A stretch of DNA of 64,000 bases from Rebecca billardiae RCC1528 (GCA_965240325.2 OZ251234.1:186001-250000), one strand, 5' to 3'; positions 1 through 11,859 are shown, counted from the stretch's first letter. The notes: a model not told the origin generated them from the letters alone. A program made the numbers and translations.

Positions 1-597
1 GGACGCCTCCGGCGTCGCTGCGAACGCGAGCTGCGTCGACGCGCCGCCGAGGTCGGCGACTGCGACGGAGCGGCCGTCGCGCGTGGCGGCGGCGGCGCCG
101 AGTGCGACGTTGACGGCGATCCAGTCGTACAGCGCCTCCTCCTCCCCGGGGATCACGCGCACGTCCGCGACGCGCAGCGGCGACGCGTCGAGCTGCGCGC
201 GCACCGCGCGCAGCACCGCGGCGCGCAACGGCTCGTCCAGTAGACGCATGCCGCCCGTGGCGAGGAAGTGCGCGCGCACGGCGTCGGGCTCGTCGACGTG
301 CGCGCAGGCGAACGAGATGAGCGGGGCGAGCGACGCGGCGGCCGCGGCGGCGCCGCTCGCCAGCGCGTGGCCGGACACGCCCGGCACCACGTCGCGCGTC
401 GCGACCTCGCGGATCGTGCGCACCGGGTCGGCGCGCGCCCAGCGGAAGACGTGCACGCGCGAGCCGCTCGAGCCCGCGTCGATGATGACGCCGGAGCGCC
501 AATCGTCCACGTCGGCGGACGCGCCGGCGGGCGCGGAGGTCACGCCGGAGGCGCCAGCGAGGGCCGCGAGCGCGGCGAGCGCAGCGCGGCGAGCCAT
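1..597 (-). CDS. GDA1/CD39-family nucleoside phosphatase (apyrase), N-terminal part; runs off the window edge
   Basis: Manual translation from ATG 597 gives a hydrophobic leader MARRAALAALAALAGASG, then apyrase conserved regions ACR1 VIIDAGSSGSRVHVF, ACR2 FLATGGMRLL and ACR3 VIPGEEEALYDWIAVN. Not in the ORF track. Confidence 0.9.
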   Translation of the reverse strand, partial: MARRAALAALAALAGASGVTSAPAGASADVDDWRSGVIIDAGSSGSRVHVFRWARADPVRTIREVATRDVVPGVSGHALASGAAAAAASLAPLISFACAHVDEPDAVRAHFLATGGMRLLDEPLRAAVLRAVRAQLDASPLRVADVRVIPGEEEALYDWIAVNVALGAAAATRDGRSVAVADLGGASTQLAFAATPEAS

Positions 598-1022
598 GCA
601 GGAGACGCGGTCCCAGCCGACGACGCGCCGCGCCCAAGCTGCGCGCCAGCGCTGCCTCTCGGCCGCCCAGGCCAGAGCGGCTGGAATTTATTCGACGCGC
701 GAAAATCTGCCACAGAGCCACAGAGGCTCCCGAGCAGACAGATGCGCCTGCAAACTGAAACTAGCGTGGTGTCAGAGCGCGCTCTCGAGCGCGTGCCTCC
801 GAGCGCGGGGCGGCCGCTTGCTGCAATGGCCGCCTCGATGAGGTGCGGCAACGCGCCCCTCACCTGCCTGCGCCGGTCTGTTTTGTGGCGGTGTCTTTGT
901 GCAGTGTTGGATGGCGTCAATCACGCCTTAACCAAGTGTGCACGTTAAAACATAGTAAACTGTAGCACTACTAGCAGTGAGGAACAGTGAGCACGGTCCG
1001 AATGGCGCGCGAAGCATCGGCC

Positions 1023-1964
1023 CTAGTAGTATGCAGGCGCGGGGACGCGCTCGCTAGCGGCGTAGCCTTCGCCAGCCGAGTCTGCGTCACCGGGCCAAGT
1101 CAAGATCTTTGCGCGCTGCTGCGCGCGCCGCCAGCGCGCGCGTGGCCGCGCGCCGCCGCATGGCGGGCACGGCGCTGCGGCGCACGAGGCCCTGCGGCGG
1201 CCGGCGGCGTCGCCGCCTCGGAGCGGCGCGGCGTCGGCGACGAGCGCGCTAGCGGTGCGCAGCGAGCCGATCAGCGCCGCGCCGAGCGGTGGCGCGCCAC
1301 GCGCGCCAAAGTAGCGCGCGTACACGTGCGCGTCCGCGTCCTCCGCCGCGCGCCGCGGGGGCGCGAGGGCGTGCGCAGCCACGCCGCCCGGTGGCGTCGG
1401 TGGCGCGACGAAGGACGAGCCGGCGTAGTACGCGCGCAGCGTGCGCACGCGCACGAAGCGCGCGCGCTCGTACATGCGCACCGCGGGCACGTTGCCGCGC
1501 AGCACGTGCAGGTACACGCACGCGCACTGCGCGAGCGCGTGCGCCTGCGCGACGCAGTGCTGCAGCAGCGCGCCGCCCAGCCCGCGCCCGCGCGCGCGCG
1601 GATGCACGCCGAGCGTGAGGATGTAGAGCACGCGCTGGTCGGCGGCGGGTGCGAGCGGGGCGAGGCGTGTGAAGAGCCGGCCGTCCTGCCGCACCGCGTG
1701 CCGCACGTCGCCCACCTCCCACACGGCGATGCCGACCAGCACCTCGGCCACGCCGCCCGGCGTCCCTAGGCCGCCCTGCGCGTACGCGCCGATCGCGCTG
1801 TAGCCGCCGGCGGCGAGGCGCTGGTAGAAGGCGTCGTCAAAGGCGATCGGGAAGATCGCCTCGTGCAGCGCGCGCAGCACCGCCTCGGGCTCGCCCAGGC
1901 ACGGCCGCAGCGCGACCGACTCGAGGAGGCCGTCGTCCTCGCTGTCGTCCGCGGCGGCCTCCAT
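1023..1964 (-). CDS. GNAT N-terminal acetyltransferase, Naa60/Naa50-like
   Basis: LHEAIFPIAFDDAFY, LYILTLGVHPRARGRGLG (acetyl-CoA binding) and VYLHVLRGNVPAVRMYERARF. Confidence 0.85.
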   Translation of the reverse strand: MEAAADDSEDDGLLESVALRPCLGEPEAVLRALHEAIFPIAFDDAFYQRLAAGGYSAIGAYAQGGLGTPGGVAEVLVGIAVWEVGDVRHAVRQDGRLFTRLAPLAPAADQRVLYILTLGVHPRARGRGLGGALLQHCVAQAHALAQCACVYLHVLRGNVPAVRMYERARFVRVRTLRAYYAGSSFVAPPTPPGGVAAHALAPPRRAAEDADAHVYARYFGARGAPPLGAALIGSLRTASALVADAAPLRGGDAAGRRRASCAAAPCPPCGGARPRARWRRAQQRAKILTWPGDADSAGEGYAASERVPAPAYY

Positions 1965-2143
1965 CGTGCAACGGCGGCAGGCAAAATGATGAAATTGGCT
2001 TTGCGCGCTTGAGCGAAATCGGCAACGCCATCAAAATAATCGGGCTCCGCGTCCGGTAGGTCGCGAGCGTCCGGGATGCACGGCATCGCTCGCCGCTCAT
2101 TGCTCGCCCGGCTCGGAAGGCTGCTCGCCCCCGATCGAGACGG

Positions 2144-2569
2144 ATGCTTGCCCTCGCCACCCGCGCGGCTCGGGCCCCCGGCCTCAGGTGCGAGGCGCGG
2201 CGCGATGGTCTCACGCTGTTCGAGCCGCTGATCGCCGCCCCCGCGCGCCGCCCCGCGCGGCGCGCGTTTTGCGCCGCCAGGACGCTCCGCGCGCGCGCTC
2301 TCTCGACCGCGGCGGAGGCTGCAGAGCCGGCCAAGCCGCTCATCGACGGCGAGTCGAGCCTGGTGATCGGCGCGTGCTACGTGGGCGCCCTGGTGTGGGC
2401 ATACAACGACGGCGTCTTCACCAAGCTCTATGGCGCGGACCAGCACGTGCACGAGACGCAGCAGGCCAAGGACCAGCTGAGCGCCATTGAGTCGGACGTG
2501 GCGGAGATCAAACGCTCGCTCGAGAAGCGCGCGATCAGCTCGGCGCTCAAGAAGCACTACAGCAAGTGA
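2144..2569 (+). CDS. Small predicted mitochondrial single-TM protein with a coiled coil; intron 2188-2280
   Basis: Arg/Ala-rich presequence (MLALATRAARAPGLR|TLRARALST), TM LVIGACYVGALVWAY, heptad-like C-terminus, strong GC3 codon bias, 93-nt GT-AG intron. Confidence 0.65.
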   Translation: MLALATRAARAPGLRCEARRDGLTLFEPLIAAPARRPARRAFCAARTLRARALSTAAEAAEPAKPLIDGESSLVIGACYVGALVWAYNDGVFTKLYGADQHVHETQQAKDQLSAIESDVAEIKRSLEKRAISSALKKHYSK

Positions 2570-3195
2570 GACGCTGGGCGGCGCGCTTCGCCGTGGTCCG
2601 TGGTGCCCGCCGTGCTCGCCGCGCGCCGCGCGTGCACGCGGACGCAGCAAGAGCCGCGCAACTGCAAAGGTGCACCAGGGCGGTGCTCTCGGCCTGCTCG
2701 GCTCTGCGCAGTCCACGGTGCCGCTGTGCATGGCGCGTCGCGCGAGGCCGACCGTCGCATTGGAGCCGTGCGACATTCTGGTGGCTGATTGTCACGCGGG
2801 CAGGCTGCCTGCCCGGTGCGTCGCCTGGGCCCTGCACAACGCTCCGCCGTGGCGTCATGGCCGCGCGGCGCACACCGGCCACACGTGATTCCGACGGCGT
2901 CAAGAACTCGATTCGCGGACTTGGCCGCGGTCCGTCGCAGTGGCGCGGCCGGCACGCCGGCACGCAGCTGCGGATGTACGGGACGCCGGCACGCCGCGGC
3001 CCGGGCGCCGGCGGGCGGAGCGACCGGCGGCGCCGACACAGCCTGCGCCCACGCCACGGTCGTCATGCGGCCCGGGACGGTCTCCGGCCGGCGCGGGCAC
3101 TCCGCCCGCGCCACTCCGGGCGGTCCGGGCCCGGACTGACTCTCAGTCTCAGACTGACGCCAGTGACGGGATGCGGCAGCGGACGGTCCGCGGCT

Positions 3196-3356
3196 TGAAG
3201 TCGCACACTGACTGCTGCCGCGGGTCTGCTCGCCTTTAGGCCGTTGTACTTCTACCAGCCTGGTAACAGGTAAGACCGGGCTGAAAGGGCATGTGAAAGC
3301 CCGAAGCGGGTCAGCAAAGGAAAGGTGGTGGACAAGCGTTGTAGGCTTTGACTTCA
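3196..3356. ncRNA. Candidate structured ncRNA of unknown family upstream of tRNA-Thr
   Basis: Nested complementarity TGAAGTC/GACTTCA, GCCT/AGGC, TTGT/ACAA, CTACC/GGTGG, hairpin CCTG-GTAA-CAGG and GACC/GGTC; lower GC than the flanks. Confidence 0.35.
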
Positions 3357-3386
3357 TATTCCATGCGCAAATGTGCCAATCGGTTT

Positions 3387-3458
3387 GCTCACTTAGCTCA
3401 GAGGTAGAGCGCAGCACTAGTAATGCTGATGTCGGCGGTTCAACTCCGTCAGTGAGCT
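3387..3458 (+). tRNA. tRNA-Thr(AGT)
   Basis: Acceptor GCTCACT/AGTGAGC, D arm GCTCAGAGGTAGAGC, anticodon arm CAGCA-CT-AGT-AA-TGCTG (AGT at 3419-3421), T arm GGCGG-TTCAACT-CCGTC. Followed by CCA and TTTT runs (Pol III terminator-like). Confidence 0.93.
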
Positions 3459-4350
3459 CCACTTTTGTCTTTTCCGCCCCGATTAGTTTCCGAGCCCTTC
3501 ATCCCACCCTCTTGCCCTCACCCGCGCTCTGCACAAGCACCCGCATGCCTCGCCTGACTCGAAGCGACACGCACGTGGCCAATGAGTGGGAACGACTTGC
3601 TCGCGACTCGCGTCCATCACCGTGCCGTGAGCGGGGTCAGCCTCGCCGAGTGCGCCGCGGCTGTCACGCCGATTAATCACGGTCGCTGTGCGCAGCCCCG
3701 GCACACTCGGCGGCGCCGACCCGGTCACGTCCAGCTGCCGCTCGGACGCGACGACGGGGGCTCGGCGGCTCGGCGCGTACAGTACGCCGCACCCGGCGGC
3801 ACCAAGCCCACCCGAGCGCGATGGCGGCCGCACCGCTGCGCGCAGCTCAATCAAGGGAGCGGGGACGGGGCAGCCGCTCGACTGCGACCCGTCCAAGCTC
3901 GAGATCAAGCTGTACCCGCGCCTGTGCGTCTCGTACGCACGGCACCGCGGCGGCTTGGATGCGCTCTCAACTCCGACCCGAGGTTCGCCCGTCCGTGCCA
4001 TGTGCGCATTCCGGCGTGCCAGTGAGCTGGACGCAGTCTGCCCGCAGCATCGTCCGCTGGGCGGGGAGGATGGAGCACACAGTGACGAGGCTGGGCGCTG
4101 ACCCTGTCCTGTCGGTGTCGTGAGCGCCCGTCACCCTCCTCGTCAGCCGCATGCGCCCGCGGCACGGGCGCACGTTTGCGCGACGGCTCAATCCGCCTGA
4201 CTGCATCTTGCGGCCAGCCGCATGCGCAAGTGCGCAAGCGTGCGCACACACTCGACAGGGTTAGTTAGCAGCCATGCTTGGGCTGGCCAAGCTTGGGCTG
4301 GCGAGCGCCGGGGCGCGGCCCGCCGCCGGGAAGGGAGAGCACGCGGCAGG

Positions 4351-6207
4351 ATGGCGACGACCAACGCGCCGAGCGTGGGCGGCGGCTCACTGCCGCTCGC
4401 GCTCGCGGACGAGTGCCTCGGCGTCTCGCCGCTGATCGCCGTGTCGGCGACGCCGCGCGCGGAGGAGGCGTGCGCGCGCGCCGGCCTCGCCTCCGCCGCC
4501 GAGCTCTTCCGGCCGCACGGCGACGCTTTGCGCGAGCTGTCGCTGAGCGTGCAGACGGTCGGCGAGCCGTACACGGCGCGCGGGATGCGCGTGCGCTTCT
4601 GCGACGTGGCGGCGATGCGCCCGCTCGCGCCGGAGGAGGCGGACGAGCGCGCGCTGCGCGCCGCCGCCGCCATCGACTCGGAGGCCGTGTGGCAGTGCTC
4701 GCCGAGCGGGCTGGGCGCGGCCGAGGCGGACACGGGCGCCCTCGACCGCGTGCGAGGTGCGCGCGCTGTGCGCCGCGCCGCGCCGCCGGCCCGCGCGCGC
4801 GCGCGGCTCACGCCCCGCCCGCCGCGCCCCCTCCGCCCGCTCCGCCGCCGCGCAGCCCTCTCCAGCCCCGCGCCGTGGTTCGACGCGTACGCGGCCGCTC
4901 TCACCGAGGGGCTTCGGCACTCGGGGCTGAGCTCCGTGGACCAGCCGGTGCTGTACGTGCGCGTGGCGGCGGCGGACGAGCCGGCGGTCGCGGAGGCGCT
5001 GCGCGCGCTCGGCGCCGCCGCCCGCCTGCCGCCCTCGCACGCGCCGCCGCCGCCCGACGCGCCGCCGCCGCCCGTCTTCTGGGTTCTGCTCGACGATCGG
5101 CCGAGCCGCGCGCCGGCCGCGCCGGCCGCGTCGGCGGAGGCGAGCGCGGCGGCGGCTGCGGCGGCGTCGGCGCTGCGCGAGGTGCAGGGCGCGTTCGGCG
5201 CGGCGCACACCGCGCTGCTCCCCGTGCCCGACGCCGCCGCCGCGCGCGCCCTCGCCCTGTCCCTCTTCCGAGAGCACGCGCTGCCGTCGATGCAGACGCG
5301 CGCGCGCGCTCTGCACGAACGCGTGTGCGCGCAGCGCAAGGGCCTCAAGAACACGCTCAAGCTGTGGGCGGGGTGGGGCGGCGCGGCGGCGGGCGCGGCG
5401 AAGCGCGCGGCGGCGGGCGCCGCCGCCGCCGTCTCCGCCTCCTCCTCCACCGGCTCGCTCGTCGCCGTCGGCGGCGGCGGCAGCGGCGGCGCGCTCGCGG
5501 ACGGCGCGGGCGGCGCGGCCGCGCCCGCGGACGAGCCCCCGCCGCCGCCGCCGGCCGTGGCGGCGGTGGGCTTCTTCGGCGGCGCGGGCTCGGAGGGCGG
5601 CGCGGCGCCCTCGCCCCCGCCCGCCGCGCCCGCCGCCCCCTCGCACCCCGCGCCCCGCTTCCACGGCGCCGCCCCCGAGTGGGCGGTGCAGGTGCTCGCC
5701 GACCTGTGCTGCCTGCTGCAGGACCATCGCACCGCGCATGAGTTTTACGGCCTGGCCGCGGCCGACTACAAGGCGGCGAAGGCGCCGGCGCACCACGCGA
5801 GCGCGCTCGCGCTGCGCGCGCTGAGCGCGGCGCTCACCGACGCGCCGCGCCGCGAGCTCGACGCCGCGCTCGAGGCCGCGCTCACCCACGCGCTGCACGC
5901 GGGCGGCGGCGCGCGCGCGGCCGCGGTCGGAGCCATGCATGCGCGGCTGGCGGCGAGGCTGCCGCGCGCCGCGCGCGCGCGCGAGGCGGCGGCGGCGCTG
6001 GTGCGCTGCTCGACGGAGGTGGGCTCGCTGCCCGCGGCGCTGTTCCTCGAGCAGGCCGCGCTCTGCCACGCCCGCGACGGCGCGCTCCTCGCACCCGGCG
6101 CGGGCGGCGGCAGCGTGCCGCTCGCAGCAGGCGCGCTGCTCGCCGCCGCCGCAGTCAGCGTCGGCGGCTCGGCGCGCGGCGGCGGCGCCCTCGGCGCGGC
6201 CGCGCTG

Positions 6208-6244
<37 letters not shown>

Positions 6245-6669
6245 TGGCGGAGCAGCCGGCCGGCTCGCGCGCGCGCCGGCGCAAGGCCGCGCTCCACCTC
6301 GTCCTCGCCGGCTACCGCTTCACCCAGTCCGGGCTGCGCGCGCACGCCGTCCGCTGCTACGCGGCCGCGCTCGGCGAATACGCCGGCAAGGGCTGGGCGC
6401 ACGCTGAGGACCACATCCGCGTCTTCCTCGGGCGGCAGGCGCACCAGCTGGGGCGGACGGACGCGACGGTGGGGTGCTTCCTCGGCGTGCTGCGCGGCGC
6501 GCGCGCGCAGCCGCCCGAGCGCCAGGCCACCTGCCTGCGCGAGCTCGGCGCGGCCGTGCGCGCCGCGAGCGCGGCGCGCGGCGGCGCGCCGCCGCCGCTG
6601 CCGCCTGGCGCGCTGCGTTTGCCAGAGGTCGACGAGAGCTCGGTGGCGCTGCTGCCGCCCGACGGCGAC

Positions 6670-6703
<34 letters not shown>

Positions 6704-8596
6704 GCGCGCCCGCCTCGGCCGCCGCCGCGGCCGACGCCGACGCGCGCGCGCGCGTCGCCGCCGCCTTCCGCGAGGCGGCGGCGGCCGGCGGCGGCGGCGG
6801 CGGCGGCGGCGCGGACACTTGGCTCTCGCGGGCGACGGCGGCGGGCGGCGGCGCCGCCGCCGCCGGCGCGGAGGAGGGCGCGGACGGGTGGGTCGTGGTG
6901 GGCGAGCCGCTGCAGGTCTCGGTGTGCGTGACCAACCCGCTCTCGCTGCCGCTCGAGCTGAGCGAGCTCGGCCTCACGTGCGAGCACGAGACGTCGCAGC
7001 CGCAGCCGCAGCCGCAGCAGCCGCAGCCGCACGGCGGCGGCGGCGCGGACGCGGCGGCGGCCGAGGGCGGCGCGCTCGAGGTGTCGACGCAGTCGCTCAC
7101 GCTGCCGCCGCGCGCGCACGCGCGCGTCGTGCTGCGCGTCACGCCGCGCGCCACCGGCACACTGCGCCTCACCGGGCTGCGCTGGGCGGTGGGCGGCGGC
7201 GTGCCCGCAGCGCACGCGTTTGGCGCGCGCGCCCGCGCCGCTGCCAAGGCGTCGGCGGCGCGCGCGCACGGCGCGCCCGCGCCCGCCGCGCGTCGCGCGT
7301 CGCGCGCGCCGCCGCCGCCGCGCGGCTTGGACGGCGGCGGCGCGCCCGCCTCCCCCTCCGCCGCCGCGTCCGCCGCGCTCAGCGCCCCGCCCCCGTCCGC
7401 CATCCTGATCGACGTCCGCCATGCTGAGCCGCTGCTCGAGCTCGCGCTCGGCGCGCCGGCCGACGCGGTGGCGGCGGGCGAGGGCGTGCGCTGCATGCTC
7501 GCGCTGAGCAACGGCGGGGCGCGCGCGGTGGTGAGCGCGCGGCTGTGCGCGTCGCACCCCGCGCTCGTGGCGCTCGACGACGCGGACGCGCCGCCGCCCG
7601 CCCCGTCCCCACCGCCGCCGCACGCCGAGCCGCGCGCGACTTCGGTCGCGCCGCCGCGCGCCGTGCGCGCGGTGCAGCCGTTGCAGCTGCCGCCGCGCGG
7701 CGTGGCGCCGGGCGCGACGGCGCGCGTCGCGCTGACCGTGCGAGCGCCGGCCGCGGCGGCGGGCTCGACACTGCGGCTGCTGCTCGGCGTGGAGTACGCG
7801 GGGGAGCCGGGCGCGGACGGCAAGCCCGCCGCGCGCCGCCTCGCCTGCGCCACGCTCACGCTGCGCGTCGCCCCCGCCATCGCCGCCTCTGTCGCTTTTG
7901 CCGTGCCGCGCGCCGCCGCCGCCGCCGCCGCCGCGGCCGGCGGCGGCGCGCGCGCGCCGCCGGAGGCCATCGTCGGTGCGCGCCGTGCGCGAGCGCGGCC
8001 GCGCGCGCCGCCGCCCCGCGCGCGCTCACGCGCCCGCTCCCCCTTTGTGTTGTCCGGCCGCCCTGCCGCCCTCCCACCGGCCGCAGCGCTCCGCCTCTGC
8101 AACTGCATGGGCGCGCCCGGCGGCGGCGCGGCCGGCGGCGTGCCGCCCGCGCCGCTGCTGCTGCAGCGTGCGGCGTGTGTCTCGTCGAACGGGTGGGAGC
8201 TGGCGGGCGTGCTCGGCGGCGCGGGCGCGCGCGCCGGCGCGGCGGTGGTGCTCCCGCCCGGCCGCGAGGCGACCCTCCTCCTCCGCCTGCGCCAGCGCGG
8301 CGCGCCCCCGCCCCCGGGCGCGCCCCCCTCCACCGTGCAACTGTCGGAGCTGGCTCTCCACGATGGGCCTCTGCCGACACACGCCGCCGCGAGCCTGCCG
8401 CTGCTGTGGTGCGCGCCGCGCGGCGCGGGCGCGCGCGGGCGCGAGCGGGCGGGCTGGGGGCGCGCCCGCCGCTCACGCCCGCGCGCCCGCCGCGCGCCCC
8501 CGCCGCGCGCGCCTCCGCCGCGCAGGCGGACGCTGGCGGAGCCGCAACTGCCCGCGGCGCACGCGCTCGACGGCGCGGCACTCGGCGCGGCGCGGC

Positions 8597-8627
<31 letters not shown>

Positions 8628-9459
8628 GGCCGTGCCGGCGTGGTTCGAGGGCGAGCACCTCGAGCTGAGCTGGCAGGTGGCGGCGCCCTCCGCCGAGCTC
8701 GCGCTCGTCACCTCCGCCGCGGCGGCGCGCGGCGCGGGCGGCGGCACGCCAGGCGTTGCGCTCGCGCGCGCGCGGCACGGCACGGCGGCCCTGCTGCGAG
8801 TGCGGCTGCCTGGCGGGGAGGCGAGCGCAGCGGAGCGCGCGCTCGCGGCGCTGGCGCACGCGCAGCCGCACGCGCCGCACCCGCCGCCCTCGCCCTCGCG
8901 CGCGCCCGTCGGCGGCGCCGCCTCGCCGCCCCCGCTGCCGCTGCCACACGCCCCCCACCACGCGCCGCCCTCGCACGCGCCCGCGCCCACCGCGGGCGCG
9001 CTCGCGCATCGGCTGGTGTGCGCGCCGCGTGTCGAGCACGCGTTCGGCGGCGGCGGCGGCGGCGGCGGCGCGCCGTGCGTGCTGCGCGCGACGCTCGAGC
9101 TGACCAACCTCTCCGCGCACGCCGAGCTCGTCGTGCGCGCGCGCGTGGGCGACCGCCCGGCCGGCGCGTCGGACGCCGAGCCGCGCGCGCCCGCGCACGG
9201 CCGCGTCGAATGGATCGGCAGAGTCGCGAGCGCGCCCATCAGGCTGGCGCCGCACGGCCAGGCGGCGCTCACGCTGCACGCGCTCGCGCGCGCGCCCGGG
9301 CTGTACGACCTCGGCGGCGCGGGCGGGTACGCGCTCGCCGTCGAGGGCGCCAGCGCGGGCGGCGCGCACGCCACGTGGGAGCGCGGGCGCGCGCACCTCG
9401 TGCGCGTCGTCGACGTGCCGGCACACGGAGGCAGGGCGGTGAGGGCGGAGGCGTCGTGA
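4351..9459 (+). CDS. TRAPPC8: Trafficking protein particle complex III subunit 8 (Trs85); introns 4757-4855, 7976-8086, 8409-8525
   Basis: PWFDAY, RKGLKNTLKLW, LADLCCLLQDH..YGLAAADYK, ALFLEQAA, RKAALHLVLAGYRF..GW..AEDHI..LGRQ and VVGEPLQVSVCVTNPL are typical TRAPPC8 blocks; canonical GTGCGC..GCTCAC..GCAG introns. Confidence 0.88.
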
Positions 9460-9691
9460 CGAGGCCGCTGCGAACGTGCGGGCCCCCTGCGGCCTGCCGG
9501 CTGCCACGCTCGCACCGGCCTAGCTGCGCGTGCTTGGAGTACGTGGCTGATGTGACGGTTCGACATATCATCACACTCGTCGGCGGATTGATCAATCAGC
9601 TACGACCGTAGTAACTATACTACTGATGCTACTATATAGACAGTTTCGGATCACGGTGCGCCGCGGCGCCGCCTGCCGCCGCTTATTTGTA

Positions 9692-11417
9692 GGGGGGCCA
9701 AAGTGGCACTGTGTCTGTCTGTGACGTGACTGACGGCTACGAGCGCTGGTCCTAGCGAGTGTTTAGCGCTGAATTGGGGCTGGATCATATGCCCTCTGGA
9801 GGGGTCTGGGCCAGCCAAGTAAAAACATCAGGTGTACATACCCTGAATATAGGGCGTAACGGCTAGCATATTTACTTATTAGAATGAGCCTGAACTTATT
9901 GGAAACGGCATGTAACGGCTGTCGTATATGTGACATATAGACCATGTCGACTTCACTTTGATAGAGCATCTCGGCGAGCCTCGTTCTGAGTCCCCAGCAG
10001 CAGCAGGTCCCAACATGCGATATAGGCTGTGTACTGGCAGGCTGTCAAACACGTAGTTTCCCGGAAGCCACTGGTCGTTACATACCCACCGTGTATATAG
10101 ACGCCATGCTGATGAATACAGTCTCGTCTGATCTCGAGCCGCGAGATACGTTTTCAGACTGTGTATACGGCCATGCGTACGGCGTATTGCAGATATAGTA
10201 GCGACCCGAGGCACCGGCCCCATGTCCTCAGCCCGGGAGTACTCTCGGGCATAATCAAGGTTTAAAGTCACTCGAGCCAACCGTCACCGCTCCATGGCCG
10301 AGACCTACGAGGCAGGTCAAATCTGTCGTCGTTGCAGTGCGGCACAGTGCCGAGCATGCGATTCGGCAGCAAACGCCTGCTCCAGGTGGTGGCTGGCGTC
10401 TCTGCACCAAACCAGGCCGGATGGGATCGGTCCATATATGTACGCCCTACCCTTTTCCGCGCTATTTCTGGGCGTTGGGGCGGATATTCGGCCTACAGAG
10501 GCTGATCCGGCGCTGTTCGGCGCTCCTGTCTGGCTGCGCGGAGCCGAATGGCAAGCGCCGGCGTGTGCAAGGTGTCAAGATTGAGACGGTCTCTGACGCT
10601 CCCGCCGGTCTTGGGCGCACCAGGGTGCATTGAGGCCCATCTGCGTCTGCTTCTGCAGGCATGCGCGTCACAGGGGCGCGCTTGTAGGCACGGTCGAGTG
10701 CACATCGGACCTGTCGAATGAGCCATCCGCTGCCTGCGAGCACGTCCGCGACGTCCTGAGAGGCGAATGGGAGGCGCCCCGACGCCATCTGGGGGCACGC
10801 GTGACCCATACCCAACGTGCTGACCATCGCAAGTGCCACGGCAGGTGCAAACACGGGCCCTACGAGCGGAACATGACAGTTGCGGGCTGCGCGGAGGTGT
10901 TGCGCGCGAGCTCGCGCCGGTCTGCTGACGGCGATTCCGGCGCAGCAGGGCAGGTTAGGCGAGCTGGGCATCCACGGATACACATGCACACTTGGGGCGA
11001 GCATCGATCTCGCCGGGGCGAGTTGATCTTGAGCCACAAGGAGGGGTAGCGTGACGGGCGTACGCAGCGCAGCAATTCAAGCCGGCCGACGCGCGCCGCG
11101 CACGGCGCGAGGTGGCCAAGAACCGGGTGGTGAGCCGCTGGTGGCGCAAAGACAAGGGTCAGAAGCGCCCACCAGCGTCACGCGCGCGCGCTCCCGAGAC
11201 CATCTCGGCGTATCATGGGACGCGAGCGCGCGGCGGTCCACTGCCTCCGGCCGCTCATGCTCGAGCGGAACCGAGCTCTGAGCGTCCGAAGGCGTCGGAG
11301 CTCGATTTTCGAGCGGGGTCCGAGAAAAAGGCTCCGCGCCACCCTAAAAGGCCGAGGGAGGAGCGAAAATGCGCCGCGGCTTTGATTTTCTTTTTTAAAT
11401 GAGCGGTTTGGCCCCCC
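9692..11417. mobile_element. Putative non-autonomous DNA transposon, 11-bp TIR flanked by TA
   Basis: TA|GGGGGGCCAAA ... TTTGGCCCCCC|TA. The interior has lower GC, is CpG-poor in its left part and has no credible ORF. Confidence 0.5.
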
Positions 11418-11859
11418 TATTAAATATTTGGATCGGACGCTTGATCAGGTCGGCGCGGGGCTGGTCGGGCCAGTCTGAGAGTCTGAGTGTAGATCGATGA
11501 GTGAGACTTAGTCGTCATAAGACGGCCTGCGCATAATCATATGGCGCGCTGCTACTATATCAACTGCTATATATGCTTATTGTCGTCGCGAGATCACGTC
11601 ATCAGCAGCATCAGACTCAGTATATTATAGTATCATATCCGATTCTGACATCGTCACACGACGTCCTGCATTCGGGCACGGTGGCGGCGGCGGCGACGGC
11701 GGCGGCGGCGGCGGGTGCGCGCTCGGGCGGCCAGCAGGGCCACACCTTCCCCTCGCGCGAGCGCGCCGCCGCGCTTACCGCGCTCAAGCTGCGCGCCGCC
11801 GTCGGCAGAGATTCACGATTCATCACGACGCGTATGTTGCTGAGTGCGCATGATCGTCG

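Noticed and set aside
3688-4101. Short ORF with a coding-like stretch DPSKLEIKLYPRLCVSY
   Set aside because: No ATG start or recognisable domain; possibly a fragment but unsupported.
4387-9611. Very long overlapping or antisense ORFs over TRAPPC8 (and similar ones over the K+ channel, LRR and filamin genes)
   Set aside because: Arg/Ala/Pro-rich shadow frames expected at this GC content; no motifs.
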